A stretch of 64,000 nucleotides of DNA. Origin: Mobula hypostoma. Its lineage: Eukaryota. This document shows, one piece after another, positions 12,385-25,724 of the stretch. The translations under genes and the position numbers were made by a program. The stretch covers positions 13,578,001-13,642,000 of the forward strand of contig NC_086108.1 in NCBI RefSeq assembly GCF_963921235.1, written 5' to 3'. The first letter of the stretch is position 1, and each line of letters opens with the position of its first letter. Below the pieces are notes generated by a model. That model searched no databases and was not told the DNA's origin. It saw nothing but the letters and a program-made list of their open reading frames with translations.

Positions 12385-14929
12385 CTGGGGGTTACTCTAT
12401 TGGGGGTATTCTATAGGCCCCCTGGTAGCAGCAGAGATACCGAGGACCAGATTGGGAGGCAGATTTTGGAAAGGTGCAAAAATAACAGGGTTGTTATCAT
12501 GGGTGTCTTTAACTTCCCTAATATTGATTGGCACCTGATTAGTTCCAAGGGTTTAGATAGGGCAGAGTTTGTTAAGTGTGTCCAGGACGGATTCCTGTCA
12601 CAGTATGTGGACAGGCCGACTAGGGGGAATGCCATACTAGATCTAGTACTAGGTAATGAACCGGGTCAGGTCACAGATCTCTCAGTGGGTGAGCATCTGG
12701 GGGACAGTGACCACTGCTCCCTGGCCTTTCGCATTAACATGGAAAAGGATAGAATCAGAGAGGACAGGAAAGTTTTTAATTGGGTTAGGGCAAATTATGA
12801 GGCTATAAGGCTAGAACTTGCGGGTGTGAATTGGGATGATGTTTTTGCAGGGAAATGTACTTGTATGGACAAGTGGTCGATGTTTAGAGATCTCTTGCAG
12901 GATGTTAGGGATAAATTTGTCCCGGTGAGGAAGATAAGGAATGGTAAGGTGAAGGAACCATAGGTGACAAGAGAGGTGGAAAATCTAGTCAGGTGGAAGA
13001 AGGCAGCATACACGAGGTTTAGGAAGCAAGGATCAGATGGGTCTATTGAGGAATATAAGGAAGCAAGAAAGGAGCTTAAGAAGGGGCTGAGAAGAGCAAG
13101 AAGGGGGCATGAGAAGGCCTTGGCGAGTAGGGTAAAGGAAAACCCCAAGGCATTCTTCAATTATGTGAAGAAAAAAGGATGACAGGAGTGAAGGTAGGAC
13201 CCATTAGAGATAAAGGTGGGAAGATGTGCATGGAGGCTGTGGAAGTGAGCAAGGTCCTCAATGAATACTTCTCTTCAGTATTCACCAATGAGAGGGATCT
13301 TGATGGTGAGGACAATATGAGTGAGGTTGATGTTCTGAAGCATGTTGATATTAAGGGAGAGGAGGTGTTGGAGTTGTTAAAATACATTAGGACGGATAAG
13401 TTCCCAGGGCCTGACAGAATATTCCCCAGGCTGCTCCACGAGGCAAGAGAAGAGATTGCTGAGCCTCTGGCTAGGATCTTTATGTCCTCATTGCCCACGG
13501 GAATGGTACCGAGGATTGGAGGGAGGCGAATATTGTCCCCTTGTTCAAAAAAGGTAGTAGGGATAGTCCAGGTAATTATAGACCAGTGAGCCTCATGTCT
13601 GTGGTGGGAAAGCTGTTGGAAAAGATTCTTAGAGATAGGATCTATGGGCATTTAGGGAATCATGGTCTGATCAGGGACAGTCAGCATGGCTTTGTGAAGG
13701 GCAGATCGTGTCTAACAAGCCTGATAGAGTTCTTTGAGGAGGTGACCAGGCATATAGATGAGGGTAGTGCAGTGGATGTGATCTATATGGATTTTAGTAA
13801 GGCATGTGACAAGGTTCCATACGGTAGGCTTATTCAGAAAGTCAGAAGGCATGAGATCCAGGGAAGTTTGGCCCGGTGGATTCAGAATTGGCTTGCCTGC
13901 AGAAGGCAGAGGGTGGTGGTGGAGGGAGTACATTCAGATTGGAGGATTGTGACTAGTGGTGTCCCACAAGGATCTGTTTTGGGACCTCTACTTTTCGTGA
14001 TTTTTATTAACGACCTGGATGTGGGGGTAGAAGGGTGGGTTGGCAAGTTTGCAGATGACACAAAGGTTGGTGGTGTTGTAGATAGTGTAGAGGATTGTCA
14101 AAGATTGCAGAGAGAAATTGATAGGATGCAGGAGTGAGCTGAGAAGTGGCAGATGGAGTTCAACCTGGAGAAGTGTGAGGTGGTACACTTTGGAAGGACA
14201 AACTCCAAGGCAGAGTACAAAGTAAATGGCAGGATACTTGGTAGTGGGGAGGAGCAGAGGGATCTGGGGGTACATGTCCACAGATGCCTGAAAGTTGCCT
14301 GAAATAGGGTAATTAAGAAAGCTTATGGGGTGTTAGCTTTCATAAGTCGAGGGATAGAGTTTAAGAATCGCAATGTAATGATGCAGCTCTATAAAACTCT
14401 GGTTAGGTCACACTTGGAGTACTATGTCCAGTTCTGGTCGCCTCACTATAGGAAGGATGTGGAAGGATTGGAAAGGGTACAGAGGAGATTTACCAGGATG
14501 CTGCCTGGTTTACAGAGTATGCATTATGATCAGAGATTAAGGGAGCTAGGGCTTTACTCTTTGGAGAGAAGGAGAATGAGAGGAGACATGATAGAGGTGT
14601 ACAAGATAATAAGAGGAATAGATAGAGTGGATAGCCAGCACCTCTTCCCCAGGGCACCACTGCTCAATACAAGAGGACATGGCTTTAAGGTAAGGGGTGG
14701 GTAGTTCAAGGGGGATATTAGAGGAAGGTTTTTTTACTCAGAGTGGTTGGTGCGTGGAGTGCACTGCCTGAGTCAGTGGTGGAGGCAGATACACTAGTGA
14801 AGTTTAAGAGACTACTAGACAGGTATATGGAGGAATTTAAGGTGGGGGCTTATATGGGAGGCAGGGTTTGAGGGCAGGCACAATATTGTGGGCCAAAGGG
14901 CCTGTACTGTGCTGTACTATTCTATGTTC
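12385..14929 (+). mobile_element. Younger 5'-truncated CR1 LINE ORF2 (endonuclease plus RT) with few disablements
   Basis: Motifs [44 protein letters not shown] and KFADD; the tail is ctattctatgttc. Confidence 0.93.
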
Positions 14930-16185
14930 AAGTGCCAGGGTCAGGGATGTGTCAGATCAGGTCAACAGCATCCTAAAGGGAGAGAGTGAGCAACCAGAAG
15001 TTGAGGCACATATTGGTATCAACAACATAGGCAGGAAAAAGGAGGATGTCATGAATAGAAAATATCGGGAGTTAGGTAGAATGCTGAAAAACAGGGTGGT
15101 AATCTCTGGATTGTTACCTGCGCCACGCACCAGTGAGGGCAAGAATATGATGATTTGACAGATGAATCGAGGAACTGCTGCAGAGTTTCAGATTTCTGTA
15201 CCATTGGCATCTCTTCTAGAGAAGATATGACCTCAAAAAGGACGGGCTACACCTGAGCCCAATATCCTTGTGGGCAGCTTTGCTACAGCTGTTTTTTTTG
15301 GGGGGGGGGTCAGATGGAGTTTAAATTAACTTAGCAGGGGAGGGAACTGGAGTGATAGGGCTGAGGATGGGGCAGTTGGTATATAAGACGCAGTGTGTTG
15401 TGTAACAGTAACTACAGGCAGATAAAAGGGCAAAATTGCCGTCAGTACAGAGTTTAAGTGTCACATGGTGGTGATGGTGGAAATCAGAAAAAAGTGATGA
15501 CTATATGACTGAAGGTGTTATATCTGAATGCACGCAGTATATGCACAGTTAGAGATTGGCAGGTATAACGTGGGCACCCCTGGTTTGTGGCCAAAAGAAT
15601 AGTTGGGAGCATAAACATCCAAGGTTACATATTCCATCAAATGGACAGGTAGGTATGCCAGGGTGGGGGGTACTCTATTGGCAAAAAAAATGAAAACAAA
15701 TCATTGGAAAGAAGTGGCATAGGATCTTTAGATGTAGAATCGTTTTGAATAGAGTTAAGAAAATGCAAGGGTAAGACGACCTCCAAAAAGAAACCAGGAT
15801 ACAAATTACAAGGGGAGACAGAAAAGGCATGCACAAGAAACACAATGCTAAACAGTCATAAGGGATTTTAATACGCAAGTAGATTGGAAAAATCTGGTTG
15901 CTGCTGAATTCTAAGAGAGAGAATTCATATAATGCCTACAAGATGGTTTTTTAGAGCAGCTTGCGGTTGAACCCTAGGGGAGAAGCAATTCTGGATTGGC
16001 TGTTATATAATGAATCAGATTTGATTAGGGAGCTCAAGGTAAAGGAACCCTTAGGAGGCAGTGATCACAAAATGAGAGATTTCACCCTGCAGTTTGAGAG
16101 GGACAAGCGACAGTCAGATGTATCACTATTACAGAATAAAGGGAATTACAGAGGCATGAGAGAGGAACTGGCCGAAGTAAATTGA

Positions 16186-17217
16186 CACAAAGGTTGGGGG
16201 TGTTGTGGATAGTGTGGAGGGCTGTCAGAGGTTACAGCAGGACAGCGATAGGATGCAAAACTGGACTGAGAAGTGGCAAACACGAGGAAATCTGCAGATG
16301 CTGGAAATTCAAGCAACACACAAAAATGCTGGTGGAACGCTGCAGACCAGGCAGCATCTACAGGAAGAGGTACAGTTAACGTTTCGGGCCAAGAGATGGA
16401 GTTCAACCCAGATAAGTGTGAGGTGGTTCATCTTATAGGTCAAATATGATGGTAGAATATAATATTAATGGTAAGACTCCTGGCAGTGTGGGAGGAGCAG
16501 AGGGATCTTGGGGTCTGAGTCCATAGGACATACAAAGCTGCTGCGCAGATTGACTGCGTAGTTAAGGCGGCATATGGTGCACTGGCCTTCATCAACCGTG
16601 GGATTGAATTCAAGAGCTGAGAGGTGATGGTACAGTTATATAGGACCCTAGTCAGACCACCTTGGAGTACTATGCTCAGTACTGGTCACCTCACTACAGG
16701 AAGGATGTGGAAGCAATAGAAAAGGTGCGGAGAAGATTTACAAGGATGTTGCCTGGATTGGGGTGCATGTCTTATGAGAATAGGTTGAGTGAACTTGGCC
16801 TTTTCTCCTTGGAATGACGGAGGATGAGAGGTGACCTGATAGAGGTGTATAAGATGATGAGAGGCACTGATCGTGTGGCTAGTCAGAGGCTTTTTCCCAG
16901 GGCTGAAATGGCTAACATGAGAGGGCACAGTTTTAAGGTGCTTGGAAGTAGGTACAGAGGAGATGTCACGGGTAAGTTAGTTTGTTTGTTTGTTTGTGTT
17001 TTTTTTATACAAAGAGAGTGCTGAGTGCGTGGAATGGGCTGCCGGGAACGGTGGTGGAGGTGGATACAACAGGGTCTTCTAAGAGGTTCCTGGATAGGTA
17101 CATGGAGCTTAGAAAAATAGAGGGCTAACCCAAGGTAATTTCTAAAGTAAGTACATGCTCGGCACAGCATTGTGGGCTGAAGGGCCTGTATTGGTTGTAG
17201 GTTTTCTATGTTTCTAT
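16186..17217 (+). mobile_element. CR1 3' fragment that itself carries a PLE terminal-repeat fragment (about 16279-16394)
   Basis: gagaagtggca|gatggagttcaac is interrupted by aacacgaggaaatctgcagatgctgg...; the tail is tttctatgtttctat. Confidence 0.85.
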
Positions 17218-17436
17218 GGGAGGGGACACCAGCAGGAATGACAGCAGAACAGTAATGGCTGGAGTTTCTGAGAACAGTTTGGAAGGCATGGGATAGACAC
17301 AATCCCAAAGATGAAGTAGTATTCGAAAGGGAGGATGACGCAACCATTTCTGACAAAGGAGGTGAAATAAAGTATACAAGTCAAAGGGACGGCATATAAT
17401 ATAGGAAAAACTAGTGAAAAGTTAGAGGATTAAGAT

Positions 17437-18107
17437 GGTTCTACATCCGCGGGTCAACCAACCACGGATCGGGATGGAAAAAAAAATCCGTAAGTTCTCT
17501 CCAGCACTCGTTGTTTGAGCACAGATCCTGACATTAGTATTATTGAGCCTCCTCCAAAGCATCTTTATTCCCTAAACAATACAGTGTAACTACTATTTAC
17601 ATAGCATTTCCATTGTATTAGGTATATAAGTACTGTAATCTAGAAATGATTAAAAGTATTACTCGTTGTTTGAGCATTGTTTGCCTCGCGTCTTGTTCGT
17701 TCGCTCGCTCGCTACTAGTGTTGTGAGCGAGAGGAAGGAGTTCAAGGCTAGTAAGGGATGGCGCTACAGCCTCAAGAACTTAAACATCACGGAAGAATTG
17801 TCATCGGCTGATGCCGAGGCAGCATCAGCGTTCCCAGAAGAGCGACAATGGTTGTGTCTGTACTGAACATATACAGAGTTTTTTTTTGTCATTAGTCCCT
17901 AAACAATACAGTATAACAACTATTTACATAGCATTTACATTGTATTAAATATAAGTAATCTAGAGATGATTTAAAGTATACTGGAAGATGTGCACAGGTT
18001 ATATGCAAATACTATGCCATTTTATATAAGGGACTTGAGCATCCACGAAATTTGGTATCCGTGGGGGGTCCCGGAACCAAACCCCCGCAGCTACAGAGTA
18101 CCGACTG
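17437..18107 (+). mobile_element. Non-autonomous Tigger/pogo DNA transposon (MER2/Tigger3-like) with a transposase remnant
   Basis: ORF FKASKGW..YSLKNLNITEELSSADAEAASAFPEE is a pogo/Tigger motif. The right end ccgactg is followed by TA, and the terminal sequence resembles MER2/Tigger3 from memory. Confidence 0.85.
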
Positions 18108-20114
18108 TACTTAGGAAATACAGGCTGCAATTAATTGCAGTTCAGAAGTATGTATGAAGGAGAGTATTCAATAGTTTTGTAAGCTGTCTCGGAAGGATGG
18201 GGTTTCGGGGTACATGGAGGTGCATTATAAAGTAGGCCAAAATCAGCACGGTTTCCTTAGGGGGAAATATTGCCTGACAAATCTGTTGGAATTCTTTGGG
18301 GAAATAGCACGCAGGATAGACAAAGGAGAGTCGGTGGATGTTGTGTACTTGGATTTTTAAAAGGTGTTTGACAAGATGCCACACGAGGCTGCAGAACAAG
18401 ATAAGAGCCCATAATATTACAGGAAAAATACTAGCATGGAAATCAGATTTGGTGACAGGCAGGAGGCAAAGAGTAGGAATAAAAGGGGGCCTTTTCTGGT
18501 TGTCTGCCACTGTCTAGTGGTGTTCCATAAGGGTTGGTATTGAGACTTCTTTTTATGTTATATGTCAACGATTTGGATGATGGGTAGGAAGTCTGCAGAA
18601 GTACTTTGACAGATTGGGAGAATGGGCAAAGAAGTGGCAGATGGAATATTGTGTAGAGAAGTGTATAGCCATGCACTTTGGTAGAAGGAATGAAGGCACA
18701 GACTGCTTTCTAAATCTGCAGAACAGTAAAATATCAAAGGTGCAAAGGAACTTGGGAGTCCTTGCCCCTAATGGTTAATTTGCAGGTTGAATCAATGATA
18801 AGGAAGTCAAATCTAATGTTAGCATTCATTTCCAGAGAACTAGAGTATAAGAGCAACGATGTGATGCTGAGGCTTTAGAAGACATTGGTCACACTGCATT
18901 TGTAGTACAGTAAACATTACTGGGCTCCTTACCTAAGAAAAGATGTGCTGACATTAGAGGAGGTTTACGAGAATGATTCCAGGAATAAAAAGATTAATAT
19001 ATGGGGAGTGTTTGATGGCTCTTGGCCAGTACTTGCTGGAGTTTAAAAGAACAAGGTGGGATCTAATTGAAATATATCGAATATTGAAAGGTCTAGACTG
19101 AGTGAATGTGGACAGGATATTTCCTATAGTTGGTGAGTCTACAACTAGAGGGCACAACCTCAGAACTGAGGGATGTCCATTTAGAACAGAGCTGAGAAGG
19201 AATTTCTTCAGCCAGAGGATGGTGAATCTGTGAAAAAGCAGAGGTTAATGGGTTCTTGGTTAGGGCATCAAAGATTACGGGGAGAAGGCAAGGGGTTGGG
19301 ACTGAGAGGGATAATAAATCACCCAAGATGGAATGTTGGAGCAGACTCAACCGCCCAAGTGGCCGAATTCTGCTTCAATGCCTTACAGTCTTACTCCTCC
19401 AGGTATTCACTTGACCCAAACTGCCTGTAATTGACCTTTGCCTCATTTTTCCTGATAAGAACATCCATACCACCCATCAAGGGTTAACTACTCTTGCCAG
19501 CCTTGCCCTTCACTCTATCAGGAACATGCAGATCTTGAAGTTTTGATAACTCACTTTCAAAAGTCTTCTACTTGCCACGTGTCCTTTTGGCTGCAAACAG
19601 CCTATTCCAATCAACTTTTTCAAATTCCTGTCTAATACTATCAAAACTTGCCATGCCCCAATTTTTGAACTTTAATTCATGGACTAGATCTGTCCCTTAC
19701 CATGACTAATTTACATCATTAAGGACCTTCACCATACAAGACAGATTTTGAACAAACCATGAACATTACCTCAATTTTTGCACAACTTATTTTTTAATAT
19801 TTCTCATTGTATCTGATAGTATTTTTTATGTATTACACTGTACTGCTGCCACAAAACAAATTTCATGACATGTCGGTGATAACAAATATGATTCTAATCA
19901 CCTGTCCCAAAGTGCTGCCTCTCCAGGTCCAATCAAAGGTGTAATTGTTCATTTTGTCTGTGTTTTTTTTACCATTGTCAGTCACTGCTGGATACCAAGG
20001 ACATCAAGCACAGCAGGGCTATCCCATCAACAGCAATGGAGCTGCCGTTGCTGTGTAATTTGCTAGACTTGCTGTGTAATGTTGTGCTGAGACAGTGCAC
20101 AATCCAACAAGTTG

Positions 20115-20780
20115 ATTAGATTAGATTATGAGGACACTCAGTCCTTGTTTATTGTCATTTAGAAATGCATGCATTAAAAAATGATACAATATTCTTCCAG
20201 AATGACATCACAAGAAACACAGGACAAACCAAGACTAAAACTGACAAAACCACATAATTATAACATATAGTTACAACAGTGCAAAGCAATACCGTAATTC
20301 GATAAGGAGCAGATCATGGGCACGGTAAAAAAAAGTCTCGAAGTCCCAATAGCCTCGTCATCTCACGCAGACATCTCTCTGCCATGAACCTCCAGCGCTG
20401 CAAACTTGCCAATGAAGCACCATTGGAAGCACCCGACCGCAGCGGACTCTGACTCCGTCCGAAAACCTTGAGCCTCTGAACAGCCCTCCGACACAGCCTC
20501 TCCAAGCACCATCCTCTGCCAAGCGCTTCAACCCTGCCCCGGCCTCTGAGCAACAAGCAAAGCCGAGGACTCGGGGCCTTCCTCTCCGGAGATTCTGGAC
20601 CACACAGTAGCAGCAGCAGCAAAGCAATCATTTCAGAAGCTTCCCCAGATGTTCCTCCGTGATCTCACATCCATCTCCATCAAATCAGGATTATGCACGG
20701 CACCCTACTTGACAAATTACAGACATCACCACCGGAGTGGCCGCTGCGAGCTGCATCGTGCCGCCTTCTTCTCCTCCCTC
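20115..20780 (-). mobile_element. Non-coding, GC-rich SINE-like element with a LINE-type tail
   Basis: On the minus strand it ends with AATAAA and (AATCT)n-like repeats and has a GC-rich head. No TE protein motif is visible. Confidence 0.5.
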
Positions 20781-21299
20781 CTTTGTTGAATGAGTGATTG
20801 TTGTGAATGTATTTATTCTGATTGCAAGACCCTGTTGGACATCGGTAATTTAGAACACTGCAAGTCTAGTTCATTGATTCATTGGTGAGACAAAAGGTGG
20901 GACAGCTACATTGCTTTGGTTATGGCGAGGACAAGTCTGAGGCTGCGGTGTTACCTATTCAAACTGCCCATGGGAGGAGAGCCGGGAAGGTGTGGGAGGG
21001 GGTAGGGGCCACTGTGGGTGTGCTGGAACCCGTATCAGGTTATGAGGCTGGTCTCTCTTGTAGGCGCTACTCACCAGTGTCTGCTCAGTGTAACACAAGC
21101 TGGACCAGGCCAATCTAGTCATGCCACTCAGGGACCTGGGCTATACACTTTTTTTCCTTGTGGCTGCATGTTTTTCTGAAATCATAACCATTTACTACCT
21201 GTGGTATGTTGTTTTCTATGTGTTTTGCATCTTGGCTCAGGAGGAACGCTGCTATTTGGCTATTTCATGAATGGGTGAATAAAACTTGAGCTTATTTCT

Positions 21300-22500
21300 C
21301 AGCTTCACCCACAGAGCCTCACTGGATGATTCCTCTGTTATTGCATCTCAGACTACTGCCTTCACATGCTTAATTAGAAAAGCAACTCCCTCTTTATCCC
21401 ACCTATATAGCACTTGTACACCAGAACATCTACCTGGCAATCTTGTCACTCCCTTAGCCAAATTTCTGTAATGGCTATAATATCCCAGTCCAATGTAGCT
21501 CTCTGTGCCTTGAATTCAACCACCTTACCTGTCAGGCCTCTTCCATCAAAATAAATGCAATCGAATCCAACGGTGTTTCCTTGCTCCTTACCATGCTGCA
21601 GTCCATCTTGTTTACTGACTTTAGGATCATTGAATTCGGTCTCAACTTTTAGCCTTCTATCTGCTTCACCTCTGTTTTTGATCCCAACTTCCTACAACTT
21701 TAGTTTAAACTGTCCATAGCAGCATTAGACATGGGTACCCCTCCAGTTCAGGTGCCACCTGGTCCTTTTGTACAGGTTACCTTCATGTTAGAAGAAATCC
21801 AAATAGTCCAAGTCTGAATCCTTTCCCTGCACTAAATTTACAGCCATACATTCATTTGCCACATCTTCCTATTCTTACCCTTACTTATAACACTGAACAT
21901 CACTGAAGATGTGTCCAGAAGCATCAGTTGATATACGTACACAGCCAGAGATTACAAGCCAATGTCCCTTTTCTTAATTCCCTATATCCACTCTGCAGAT
22001 CCTCATCCCTTATTATACCCAGTCATTTGAACCAATGTGCACAATGATTTCTGGGCACTCCCCCTCCCCCTTGAGAATGGTCTGCAGCTGCTCTGAAACA
22101 TCCTTGACCCTGGCATCAGGGAAACAACACATCATCTGAGTCCCTTTTGTTGCCACAGAATCTCCTGTCTGCCCGTAAGCCAGTATCAGACCTAGCGGTC
22201 CTCTACCCATGCGGTGTCCAAAACAGCAAATTATATTCAAGGGGAAAATTGTATAATCTACCCCCTCTAACTTTCTTGGTGGCCTTTCTGAAGCCAAGGG
22301 ATCCACAATGATTTTTTTTTAATCTATGGTGCTCTCAACATCACAGATGATCTTAAGTGTGCCCAGCTCCACTGCAGCTCATTTATTCCATTAAACAAGA
22401 GCTGCAGCAGGACACACTTCCTACAATGGGAGTTCAGCAACACTGAAGTTCTCCTGATCTCCCATGTCCTACAGGATAAGCACACCTCCCATCCTAGTGT
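21300..22500 (-). mobile_element. Degraded CR1 5' portion (ORF1 esterase and endonuclease start)
   Basis: ORF motif MMCCFPDARVKDV...IIVHIGSND. Confidence 0.75.
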
Positions 22501-22868
22501 ACCAAGTGTGAAGATTAAAGTTCTGGTTACCCCTTTACAGGAAGGATGCACAGACACTGGAGGGTGCAGAAAGATTCACCAGGACATTTAGAATACGAGC
22601 TACAAGAGGTTGTACAAATTTGGATTGCTTTCTCTCAATCACTGAAAGTACATAAAATTAAGAGAGTAGCAGAGAGGGTAGATTGTCAGAAACTTTTTCC
22701 CAAGGAGGAAATATCAAATACTAGAGGACATATCTTTAAGGTGAGAAGGGAAAAGTTTAAAGGACATTTATGATGCATGTTTTTTTTAAAAACACAGAAT
22801 AGTAGAATGCACTGCCAGGAGAGATGGTGTAAGCAGGTGTACTATAATTGTTTAACAATTTAGATATA

Positions 22869-24492
22869 CAGTGGCATGCAAAAGATTGGGCAGCCCTGGT
22901 CAAAATTTCTGTTACTGTGAATAGCTAAGCGAGTAAAAGATGATCTGATTTCCAAAAGGCATAAAGTTAAAGATGACACATTTAATATTTTAAGCAAGAT
23001 TACTTTTTTATTTCCATCTTTTACAGCTTCAAAATAACAAAAAAGGAAAAGGGCCCAAAGCAAAAGTTTGGGCACCCTGCATGGTCAGTACTTAGTAACA
23101 CTCCCTTTGGCAAGTATCACAGCTTGTAAACGCTCTCTGTAGCCAGCTAACAGTCTTTCAATTCTTGTTTGGGGGATTTTCACCCATTCTTCCTTGCAAA
23201 AGGCTTCTAGTTCTGTGAGATTCTTGGGTCGCCTTGCATGCACTGCTCTTTTGAGGTCTATCCACATATTTTCGATGATGTTTAGGTCGGGGGACCGTGA
23301 GGGCCATGGCAAAACCTTCAGCTTGCACCTCTTGAGGTAGTCCATTGTAGATTTTGAGGTGTGTTTAGGATCATTATCCTGTTGTAGAGCCATCCTCTTT
23401 TCATCTTCAGCTTTTTCTTTCCCCAAACGGTATAATGTTTGCTCCCAGAATTTGCTGGTATTTAAATGAATTCATTCTTCCCTCTACCAGTGAAATGTTC
23501 CCTGTGCCACTGGCTGCAACACAAGCCCAAAGCATGATCGATCTATCCCCGTGCTTAACAGTTGTAGAGGGGTTATTTTCATGAAATTCTGTACCCTTTT
23601 TTCTCCAAACATACCTTTGCTCATTGCGGTCAAAAAGTTCTATTTTAACTTCATCAGCCCATAGGACTTGTTTCCAAAATGCATCAGGCTTGTTTAGATG
23701 TTCCTTTACAAACTTCTGACGCTGAACTTTGTGGTGAGGACGCAGGAGAGGTTTTCTTCTGATGACTCTTCCACGAAAGTCATATTTGTGCAGGTGTTGC
23801 TTCACAGTAGAACAGTGCACCACCACTCCAGAGTCTGCTAAATCTTCCTGAAGGTCTTTTGCAGTCAAATGGGGGCATTGATTTGCCTTTCGAGCAATAC
23901 TATGATGAGCAATTCTCTTGGAAGGTTTCCTTGGTCTTCTACACCTCAACTTGACCTCCACTGTTCCTCTTAACTGCCATTTCTTAATTACATTACGAAC
24001 TGAGGAAACGGCTACCTGAAAACACTTTGTTATCTCCTTATAGCCTTCTCCTGCTTTGTGGGCATCATTTATTTTAATTTTCAGAGTGCAATGCAGTTGC
24101 TTAGAGGAGCCCACGGCTGCTGATTGTTGGGACAAGGTTTGAGGAGTCAGGGTATTTATAAACCTTTGAAATTTGCATCACCTGGCCTTTCTAACGATGA
24201 CTGTGAACACGCCACAGCCCTAACAAGCTAACTAAGGTCTGAGACCTTGGTAAAAGTTATCTGAGAGTTCAAATCTCTTAAGCTGCCCAAACTTTCGTAT
24301 GGTGCTCCTTTCCTTTTTTCCACTCTAAGATTGTACAAAAGAAAAATAATACACTAATCTTGCTTAAAATGTTGGAAAGAATGTTTCATCTTTAACTTTA
24401 TCGCTTTTGGAGATCAGTTCATCTTCTACTCACTAAACTATTCACAGTAACAGAAATTTTGACCGGGGTGCCTAAACTTTTGCATGCCACTG
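22869..24492 (-). mobile_element. Full-length Tc1-like transposon, family A, with a frameshifted transposase
   Basis: TIRs CAGTGGCATGCAAAAG with TA TSDs. Transposase motifs VLWADE, QDNDPKH and SPDLNIIE. It is inserted in a CR1 tail. Confidence 0.95.
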
Positions 24493-24611
24493 TACACACG
24501 AACAAGTAGGGAATAGAGGGATGCAGGTCATGTGCAGACAGATGGGATTAGCTTTGAATGGCATTATGCTCAGTACAGACATCATGGGCTGAAAGGACTG
24601 TTCCACTACAA

Positions 24612-25720
24612 CTCCCTCTACACTTCTATCCCCCATCAAGAAGACACTGAAGCTCTCTGCTTCTTTTTCAATAAAAGAACCAATCAGCTTCACCACAATC
24701 TTCCTACATCTGGCAAAAAATAGTGCTCTCCCTCAATAATTTTTCCTATCACTCCTCCCACTTTCTCCAGACTTGAGGACTAAACATGAGCACCCACATG
24801 GGCCCCAGCTATGCCTGCCTTCTCGAAGGCTCTGTAGAATAGACCCTGTTCCAAACCTTCCCCAATAATGCTCTCCAACTCTTCATCCACTACATTGATA
24901 ACTCCATTAATGCTGCTTCATGCACCAATGCTGAGCTCATCAATTTTGCCTCCAACTTCTTTAAGGGCCATGCTCTTAAATTCACTTGGTCCATTTCTCC
25001 CACCTTTTCTCAATTCATTCCCTCCCTCTCCATCTCTGGAGAAAAACTGTCTAATATAAACCTACTGAATCCCACAGTTACCTCGACTATACCTCTTCCC
25101 ACCCTGTCTCCTGTAAAAAATGCTATACCCTTTCCTCAATTCCTTCAACCCTGCCACATCTATTCCCAGATTTTCCTTTCCAGAACATCAGAGATGTCCT
25201 TTTTCAAAGAACAGCACTTCCCTTCCTCCACCACTGATGCTGCCCTCCCCACATTTCCTCTATTTCCCAAATGTCTGCATTGATGCCATTTTCCCGCCGC
25301 CATAACAGTGCTGAGTTATTCTTGTCCTTCCCTACCACCACGAGTGTCTGCATCCAACACATCATTCTCCATAACTTCCGCCATTTCCAAAAGGGTCCTA
25401 CCACCAAACACATCTTTACCTTACCCCCCCCCCCCCACATTCCACAGGAATTGCTCCTTCCATGATTCCCCTGTCCTATCGTCACTCCCCACTAATCTAT
25501 CTTCTGGCACTTATCCATGCAAGTGGCAAGTGCTACACTTGCCCATTCACTTTCTCCCCACCTTCATTCAAGCCCCAAATAGTCCTTCCAGGTGAGGCAA
25601 CATTTCCCCTGAGAATCGGCTGGGGTAGTCTATTGTGTCCGGTGCTCCTGATACAGCCTGCTCTACATTGCTGAGGCTCTTCGTAAACTGGGGGACCACT
25701 TCATCTGCTCCATCTGCTGA
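24612..25720 (+). mobile_element. Degraded Penelope-like element (RT plus GIY-YIG)
   Basis: Motifs SLYTSIPH, MGPSYACL and YID, and VVYC..C...LLYI.E..RKLGDHF near 25625-25705. Confidence 0.82.
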
Positions 25721-25724
25721 CATA

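Larger units (their letters stand above)
11700..19390 (+). mobile_element. Old CR1 LINE sequence fragmented by nested insertions
   Basis: The ORF1 esterase motif MVCCL/GARVRDV is split at 12385/14930. Endonuclease lies at 15510-16185, the linker at 17217-17436, and RT plus tail at 18215-19390. Confidence 0.75.
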
